Positions 57,870 to 64,000 of a stretch of 64,000 bases of DNA are shown piece by piece. Under the pieces are notes generated by a model, which saw nothing but the letters and a program-made list of their open reading frames with translations, ran no database searches and was not told where the DNA came from. The position numbers were made by a program, and so were the translations under genes. Source of the DNA: Candidatus Bathyarchaeota archaeon (lineage in GTDB: Archaea; Thermoproteota; Bathyarchaeia; TCS64); contig JAGTRB010000005.1 of NCBI GenBank assembly GCA_018396865.1, forward strand, positions 1-64,000. The letters run 5' to 3'. Numbering within the stretch: the first letter of the stretch is position 1; every line of letters begins with the position of its first letter.

Positions 57870-58963
57870 CTTCTCACAGGAGGAACGCACCTCCTGAGCC
57901 TCTCCAGAGCCCTCAGCTTCTCCTCCCTCTTCAGGCATGAACTCAGAATCCCCGTCTTCAGCACATCTATCGCTTCATCCATAGCCCGCCTATCCACAGG
58001 GAAGGGGACACCGTCCTTGCCCCCAAAGGCGAAGCTGAACCGGACAGGGTCACTCCAGCTCGGCCTCTCACCATATATCAGCTCAGCTATGAGCGCGAGC
58101 TCCCTCACCGTCGAGGGGCCTAAACCCCTTATCGAGATTAACTCCTCATAGCTCTCAGGCTGGAACTCGTAGGCTTCCTTCAAGGCCTCCCAGTTGATGG
58201 TTGAGGGCATCACCAGGGCCCTTCGACCCCCAGACCAGTCGTCCAGGGTTCCCTGGCCAGGAGGGGCCTCAACCCTGAGGAGGCCTTTGAGGTGTTTAGG
58301 CCCATCCCTTGCTATGTCTAGGGATGTCTCCCTGTTCCCCCTACTCTTGGAGGAGGTCATGTCCAGAACCATTGGAAGCCTCTTATCGCAGAGGATGGCG
58401 TTGTGAGGCTCCTCCACCAGGTTGGTGTGCTCCAAAGGCCAGTGATATCTCCGGGCGTTCCCCTCCTCCTCATTCATACCCTGCTGGATAACAATCCAGT
58501 TCCCCCTCTCATCGAATATAAAGGAGTGGTGATAGAGGGTATAGCCATCTTGGATTAGGGCGTTGTCCACCTTGGCTGCAATTCGGCTGGCATACTTCAA
58601 CTCATCAATCTTCCCTGTGCTCAACCCCATCCTCAAACCCAGTTCTTCGATCTCTGAGGGAGCCCTCGTAGAGGCCCTCCCCTTCCCACCGGCCAACGCC
58701 ACCCCATTATCCCCAAGCTTCAGGGCCTCCTTCAGGGCTCCGCAGGTAACCGTTGTAGTCCCGCTGGAATGCCAGTCGTACCCGAGGACGCAGCTCAGTG
58801 ACTGGAAGAACCACGGGTCCGAAAGGCGTTCCAAGAGGCCTTGGACGCCGTATTCATGGATGATTATCTCGACGATGCAACACGCTAGCTTAACCATCCT
58901 GCTGAAGAGCCATCTAGGCGCCTTGCCATAGTGAAGAGGAAGGACGGCGAAAGATCTACCCAA
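57866..58963 (-). CDS. Conserved archaeal protein, DUF763-like, function unknown
   Basis: The N-terminus (LPLHYGKAPRWLFSRMVKLA...EYGVQGLLERLSDPWFFQSLSCVLGYDWHSSGTTTV) matches my recollection of DUF763. Confidence 0.55.
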   Translation of the reverse strand: MGRSFAVLPLHYGKAPRWLFSRMVKLACCIVEIIIHEYGVQGLLERLSDPWFFQSLSCVLGYDWHSSGTTTVTCGALKEALKLGDNGVALAGGKGRASTRAPSEIEELGLRMGLSTGKIDELKYASRIAAKVDNALIQDGYTLYHHSFIFDERGNWIVIQQGMNEEEGNARRYHWPLEHTNLVEEPHNAILCDKRLPMVLDMTSSKSRGNRETSLDIARDGPKHLKGLLRVEAPPGQGTLDDWSGGRRALVMPSTINWEALKEAYEFQPESYEELISIRGLGPSTVRELALIAELIYGERPSWSDPVRFSFAFGGKDGVPFPVDRRAMDEAIDVLKTGILSSCLKREEKLRALERLRRCVPPVRS

Positions 58964-59157
58964 CCCAATAATCTATTTGGAAAGTTAACTGATAAACTTG
59001 TCCCCTAGGTCTCGGGAATTCTATATATCTTGGGGATACTATCAAAGAAGATGGAAGTCAGTCATTTTCAAAGGAGAGAGATTCATATATTTAATGATAA
59101 AGATTAATCATAAAGATAAATGTTTAGAAAAAGGCTAAGGATTGGAAAATCTATCCT

Positions 59158-60327
59158 TTAAGATAGTGATATTTCTTGAAGCCTAGATGAAAGGGCGCAG
59201 AATCCCCGAGCAGCGGCCTTAACATCGGCTATGGAAACCCTCTCATCAGGCCTATGGGCAAGAGATGGATCTCCAGGGCCGAAGCCAACCGTCGGAATAC
59301 CTAGCATCCCCGCTGTGGCGACCCCGTCAGTACTGAACCTCCAGACGGTCGTTTCAGGCCTATATCCCAAAGAAGCCTCCAGAGCCTCTAGGCATAGGGT
59401 TACAAGTCGGCTCTCGGGGTGGATGAGCCATCCTGGGAAGTACTGCTGTACGGTCCTCCGGAGCCCCGTATAACATGTTATCTCTTCAACCATCAGCTCA
59501 ACATCAGCCTCGGGGGCAAGCCTCCTCATCTCCTCAAGAACCCCCTCCAAGCTCTCGCTTGGTATCAGCCTCCTATCTACCAATACCTCGCATAGGTCTG
59601 GGACCACTGGGCCCTCCGGGCTGCTTCTTATCCCCGTCACAGCTATGGTGCCAGCGCCTAGAAATGGATCCCTAGGCAGTTTCTCATTTGCCTGCATCAG
59701 CCTTTCGATCACCGGGATCATTCGATAAATGGAGTTTATACCCAGCTCAGGCATGCTGGCGTGGCTCGTCAAACCATGGGTTGTTATCTTGAAAACGGTT
59801 CTGCCCCTCTGACCTATGCTCAGCTTCAGGTCTGTGGGCTCCCCTAAAATGCATGCCTTGGGCCTCGGCATTCTCCTCTCGATTATCTCTCTTAGGGCTA
59901 CACCTTCATTTGTCTCCTCGTGAACCACACATGCCACGACCACCTTTTCAGAGGGCTCCGAGGCCGCGCAGCCGTATATCATGGCTGCTAGGGAGGCTTT
60001 CATGTCGACTGCTCCCCGTCCATAGACCAAGTCTCCATCGATCTCCGCCGCATAGGGTGGATGACTCCAGCTCTTTGGAGAGCCCTCTGAGACATGATCC
60101 ATGTGGCCGTCGAATATTACCGGCCTCTCCCCCTCTCCCAGAGTCCCTATAACACTTCCCATCTCATCCACTGTGACATCGTACCCAAGGATTTCCATAC
60201 TCTCAACTATGAGCTCAGCAAGTTTCTCCTCATGCCCTGAGAGGCTTGGCGTCTCGATCAGCCTCCTCAGAAAATCTATCATATGGGGCTCGTTATCTTT
60301 CAGCCTTCTGAGACACCTCTCCATCAT
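59158..60327 (-). CDS. M20-family metallopeptidase, fourth paralog
   Basis: FDGHMDHVSEGSPKSWSHPPYAAEIDGDLVYGRGAVDMKASLAAMIYG. Confidence 0.85.
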   Translation of the reverse strand: MMERCLRRLKDNEPHMIDFLRRLIETPSLSGHEEKLAELIVESMEILGYDVTVDEMGSVIGTLGEGERPVIFDGHMDHVSEGSPKSWSHPPYAAEIDGDLVYGRGAVDMKASLAAMIYGCAASEPSEKVVVACVVHEETNEGVALREIIERRMPRPKACILGEPTDLKLSIGQRGRTVFKITTHGLTSHASMPELGINSIYRMIPVIERLMQANEKLPRDPFLGAGTIAVTGIRSSPEGPVVPDLCEVLVDRRLIPSESLEGVLEEMRRLAPEADVELMVEEITCYTGLRRTVQQYFPGWLIHPESRLVTLCLEALEASLGYRPETTVWRFSTDGVATAGMLGIPTVGFGPGDPSLAHRPDERVSIADVKAAARGFCALSSRLQEISLS

Positions 60328-60344
60328 CCCCCTCTGGACCTCCT

Positions 60345-60818
60345 TTAGCCTATGAGCCTTCCGAATCTGTCCACCTCCTGCCTCCTGATCCTGGTGCTCG
60401 AGACCGGCTTGCCATCCTCTGCTAGTATCATCTTGATGCAGAAGATGAGGAGGGGCTTCAGCCCCCTCTTGGTTCTAAGCTGGTTTATCTCCTCGGCCCT
60501 CCACTCCGTCTCCTCGCTGACCACTATGCCCTCCATCTCCTCGCTATCTACTGTTGGCCCATATGGGTCGTCGAGGGGTATTATCTCAGCCCTACCTAGG
60601 AGGCCATTCTCGGAGAGGAATTGCTTTAGCTCCTTGAGCCTCTTCTCGTAACAGTCCACGTGGTGATCCTTATGCATCGCCCTCGCGAACTCGTCGGAGG
60701 TCAAACCTATGATAACCCTTTCGGCGACATTGAAGGCCTCGAGGAGCAGAGCGTGGTGTCCGATATGCAGGGCGTCGAAGGTTCCTCCCACGCTTACGAG
60801 TTTTAAACGCGCCTCCAT
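60345..60818 (-). CDS. coaD: Archaeal-type phosphopantetheine adenylyltransferase (cytidylyltransferase fold)
   Basis: VGGTFDALHIGH and SSTRIR nucleotidyltransferase motifs. Confidence 0.75.
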   Translation of the reverse strand: MEARLKLVSVGGTFDALHIGHHALLLEAFNVAERVIIGLTSDEFARAMHKDHHVDCYEKRLKELKQFLSENGLLGRAEIIPLDDPYGPTVDSEEMEGIVVSEETEWRAEEINQLRTKRGLKPLLIFCIKMILAEDGKPVSSTRIRRQEVDRFGRLIG

Positions 60819-60956
60819 GCCAGTCCAGCTCTTCTTCTTTTACACCTTTAATCTGGGCTCCACGAATAGAGGCTCTAGGAGTATAAATCAGATATCTTAG
60901 GTAATTTTAAATAAATTTCTCTTCACCTTTAATATAATAAAGGGGCGTCAAATGAT

Positions 60957-62234
60957 TTGGCCGAGCTTTCAAGTCGTATATCTGGTTTCTATAGGCTTGG
61001 GCTTGAGGAGAGGCTGAAGGTAATAGCATCTAGGACAGGCCTATCCAAAGAGGAGATGGAGAATCTCAGGTCGGGTGGGGGCCTCAGCCTAGAGGTTGCA
61101 GATAGGATGATCGAGAATGTAATCGGAACCATGGCTTACCCCTTCGCGGTAGCCGTGAACTTCAGGATCAACGGGCGGGACTACCTAGTTCCCATGGTTC
61201 TTGAGGAGCCTTCCGTCGTCGCGGCGGCCAGCAACATGGCCAGGCTGATGAGGGAGGGGGATGGGATCAAGGCCTGGAGCAGCGAGCCGATAATGATAGG
61301 TCAGATACAGGTAGTTGAAGTGCCCGACATGGAGAAGGCTGAGAGGGCCATATTAGAGGCTAAGCCCAAGCTTCTTGAGATAGCCAACTCTAAGGACCCA
61401 GTGCTCGTGAGGCTTGGGGGAGGTGCCAGGGATATCGAGACCCGCATCATAGAGACAGAGGCTGGGAGGATGTTCATAATCCATGTCCTGGTGGACTGCA
61501 GGGACGCCATGGGAGCCAACGCAGTCAACACGATATGCGAGTCATTAGCCCCATATGTCGAAGACCTCTCAGGGGGGAGGGTTCTGCTTCGGATAATCTC
61601 CAACCTAGCCGACCGGAGGCTCGTCAGGGCTGAGGCTCTGGTTAGAAAGGAGGACCTGGGCGGTGAAGGGGTTGTGGATGACATCGTAAGGGCTTGGGCC
61701 TTCGCCGACGCCGACCCATACAGGGCAGCCACGAATAACAAGGGGATAATGAACGGCGTAATAGCCGTCGCCCTAGCCACGGCTCAGGATCATAGAGCCT
61801 TGGAGGCCGGAGCCCACGCCTATGCCGCCAGAGATGGACACTACCGATCCCTGAGCAGATGGTCGAAGAATGAGGATGGAGACCTTGTCGGTTTCCTAGA
61901 GATGCCAATGGCAGTCGGAACCGTGGGGGGAGCCACTAGAACCCACCCCATCGCCAGGACAGCCCTAAAGATTCTAGGGGTCTCCTCCGCTAGGGAACTC
62001 GCCGAGGTAATGGCAGCAGTTGGACTCGCTCAGAACCTAGGGGCCCTCAGGGCTCTAGTCCAGGAGGGGATCCAGAAAGGGCATATGAGGCTGCACGCGA
62101 GGAACCTCGTCATCATGGCTGGAGCGGAGGGAGAGATTATAGACAAGGCCGTCGACCTACTCGTTGAATCTGGAGAGATCCGTTTCGACAGGGCACAGGA
62201 GATCGTAAGAAGATTAAAGGAGGAAGGAAAATAG
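60957..62234 (+). CDS. hmgA: HMG-CoA reductase, class I
   Basis: EEPSVVAAASNMARL, DAMGANAVNT and the catalytic His region GHMRLHARN. TTG start. Confidence 0.9.
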   Translation: MAELSSRISGFYRLGLEERLKVIASRTGLSKEEMENLRSGGGLSLEVADRMIENVIGTMAYPFAVAVNFRINGRDYLVPMVLEEPSVVAAASNMARLMREGDGIKAWSSEPIMIGQIQVVEVPDMEKAERAILEAKPKLLEIANSKDPVLVRLGGGARDIETRIIETEAGRMFIIHVLVDCRDAMGANAVNTICESLAPYVEDLSGGRVLLRIISNLADRRLVRAEALVRKEDLGGEGVVDDIVRAWAFADADPYRAATNNKGIMNGVIAVALATAQDHRALEAGAHAYAARDGHYRSLSRWSKNEDGDLVGFLEMPMAVGTVGGATRTHPIARTALKILGVSSARELAEVMAAVGLAQNLGALRALVQEGIQKGHMRLHARNLVIMAGAEGEIIDKAVDLLVESGEIRFDRAQEIVRRLKEEGK

Positions 62235-62425
62235 GATAGCTCTCTTATGCTAAACGGCTTCTCTTATCGATCTCCTAAATCCCTTAGAAATGGGTATGCC
62301 GACCCACAACCTACCCGAGATACTAAGCTGACCAAAATCCACCCTTCGAAAATTAAAAGTCCTCATGGAGTCCAGCTTAAATTAGAATAGTCTTTTATGC
62401 GTCGATACATATATATCGTGAGAGA

Positions 62426-62998
62426 ATGAGGCCCTGGCTCCTAAATATCCTAGCATGCCCGATGGATAAGCATCATCCTCTGGAGGCCTACTTCTTCACA
62501 TGGGAGACCGACGACCAGAAGATGAAGGCGATATCGTCGGGAGCTGGAGAAGTGTCTCATCACTTCAGGAAGGGATATGGGCACCTAGCTAAGCAGATAA
62601 AGGATGGGACCATAAGCCCTCCAGCCATAAAGGCCATAAGGGATCTCACTGAAAATGAGGATTCGAAAATTCTCCTAGAAAAGGCGACCGAGGCGATAGG
62701 CCGATTGGAGGTGGTGGGGGAAATTTCTGAGGATGAACTCCTTAGAGGTTTCGGAAGGGAGATCGATGTGCTCTATAGGTTCCTAAATCTGATAGAGGTG
62801 AATGAAGGCCTCCTTGTATGCACGAGATGTAACAGATGGTATCCAATAGGTTCGGCTGTGGAGACCATACCAGAGCTGCTACCAGACGAGTTGAGGGAGA
62901 AGGATAGAGATCTATCTTGGATGGAGAAGTGGAGGAGACTAATTCCCATTAAGGTGGCAGAAGAGGGTAAACCCTTCAACCTCAAGGACAGGGGCTGA
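62426..62998 (+). CDS. Trm112-like split-zinc-ribbon protein with a ~120-aa insertion
   Basis: N-terminal LLNILACPMDKHHPLE and C-terminal LLVCTRCNRWYPIGSAVETIPELL are the two halves of the Trm112 motif, separated by a helical insert. Confidence 0.55.
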   Translation: MRPWLLNILACPMDKHHPLEAYFFTWETDDQKMKAISSGAGEVSHHFRKGYGHLAKQIKDGTISPPAIKAIRDLTENEDSKILLEKATEAIGRLEVVGEISEDELLRGFGREIDVLYRFLNLIEVNEGLLVCTRCNRWYPIGSAVETIPELLPDELREKDRDLSWMEKWRRLIPIKVAEEGKPFNLKDRG

Positions 62999-63064
62999 AC
63001 AACGTCCTGAACGATATCCTTCCCCTTAGAAGCCTTTTTAGTAGAGAGCTAAAGATCAAGATCG

Positions 63065-63580
63065 ATGCAAACGAGCCGCCCGGACAAGACCAAGTACTTT
63101 CTCGACATAGCACTGGCTGTTGCAGCCCGCTCCACCTGCCTTAGAAGGAAGATAGGGGCTGTGATCGTGAAAGATGACACTATAGTGGGCACTGGCTACA
63201 ACGGGACTGCGAAGGGAGTTATAAACTGTTACCAAGCTGGATGCATAAAGGACGAGCTTAACCTCCCCTCCCAGAGCTCATACGACCTCTGTCCCGCCGT
63301 CCACGCCGAAGAGAACGCCATCATAAACTCTAATAGGGTCGACAGGGTTGGGGCAACCCTCTATATAGCCGGGTTAGAGATGGATGGAAGATACACCTCG
63401 GCCATTCCCTGCCAGAGGTGCAAGAGGAAGATAATAAACTCGGAGATAGAGGAGGTGGTCATCCTCAAGGAGGATGGAGTGCCGTTGAGGCTCAAGGTAA
63501 AAGACTGGGCTGCTGAAGACACAAACTGGTATCTCGGTGAGCTTGAGAAGGCCAAGAAGAGGAAAGATGGCCCTCACTAA
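63065..63580 (+). CDS. dCMP/CMP deaminase (zinc-dependent cytidine deaminase fold)
   Basis: HAEENAI and PCQRCKRKI zinc-ligand motifs. Confidence 0.85.
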   Translation: MQTSRPDKTKYFLDIALAVAARSTCLRRKIGAVIVKDDTIVGTGYNGTAKGVINCYQAGCIKDELNLPSQSSYDLCPAVHAEENAIINSNRVDRVGATLYIAGLEMDGRYTSAIPCQRCKRKIINSEIEEVVILKEDGVPLRLKVKDWAAEDTNWYLGELEKAKKRKDGPH

Positions 63581-63882
63581 GATTTCCAAATTTACACCTC
63601 ACAGCCGGTTAATTCGAAGCCCTTAACCATTTTTCAGAAGCTTAAGAGCTAAATTTATAAGCTATCTGAGATGATTGGGTGAGGGAGGTCAAGTTTGAGC
63701 CTCGAGGACAGACTAAGGGACGTTGAGGAAGAGTTGAAGGTTCTAATGGAGAAGATAGAGGACCTAGAGGAACGCTTAGATGAGATAGAGGAACGCCTCG
63801 ACGAACTCGAGGAGAGGGTTGAATCCCTATAGCCCTAGGTAGATTTTTTTATCCCGAAACCCAACTTCATAGAGGCCTCCAG

Positions 63883-64000
63883 ATGGCTTTCGGCGTGCAC
63901 ACCTCGAAGGAGATCATAGGAACCAGAGGAAGAGAACTCGAAGGGAGAAGGATCGTTCTATGTATAACGGGAAGCGTAGCAGCGGTGAGGAGCCCAGAGA
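63883..64000 (+). CDS. coaBC: Phosphopantothenoylcysteine decarboxylase/synthetase flavoprotein, N-terminal fragment (runs off the window)
   Basis: RIVLCITGSVAAVRSPE flavoprotein motif. Confidence 0.6.
   Translation, partial: MAFGVHTSKEIIGTRGRELEGRRIVLCITGSVAAVRSPE

Overview
This window is an archaeal chromosomal segment of roughly 55-60% GC. The codon usage (AGG/AGA arginine, ATA isoleucine), the archaeal-type genes and the archaeal tRNAs fit a thermophilic TACK-lineage archaeon. The gene set alone would also fit other deep-branching archaea: ABCE1, a short XPF, PolX, H+-PPase, split LplA, archaeal PPAT, class-I HMG-CoA reductase, ThyX and a eukaryote-like topoisomerase IB. Most of the window is densely packed housekeeping and metabolism. 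It includes four M20 peptidase paralogs, glycine-cleavage T/H with a split lipoate ligase, succinyl-CoA synthetase, rubrerythrin and a ZIP/NikR/FmdE metal cluster. Accessory content is concentrated between about 18.0 and 27.5 kb. There I see a decayed MNT-HEPN toxin-antitoxin pair in AT-rich DNA. A tRNA-Arg is followed by a roughly 38% GC islet that encodes a cysteine-rich secreted protein and an intact VapBC pair. Next to it is a 1851-aa single-gene helicase-nuclease with the order DUF4011, Upf1-like SF1 helicase with a large insert, Vsr/DUF559-like endonuclease, DUF3320. That protein is my best candidate for an uncharacterised defence or conflict system. Other points of interest are a three-gene cluster at 0.9-3.2 kb (coiled-coil, SPFH/Band_7_1 with triple zinc ribbon, Spo0M-like with zinc ribbon), an SppA fused to a large extracellular extension, a MobB-FeS/XPF overlapping operon, a perfect palindrome upstream of the ZIP transporter, and a ThyX-like partial ORF upstream of thyX. 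All calls are from reading the sequence and its translations; no database searches were run.
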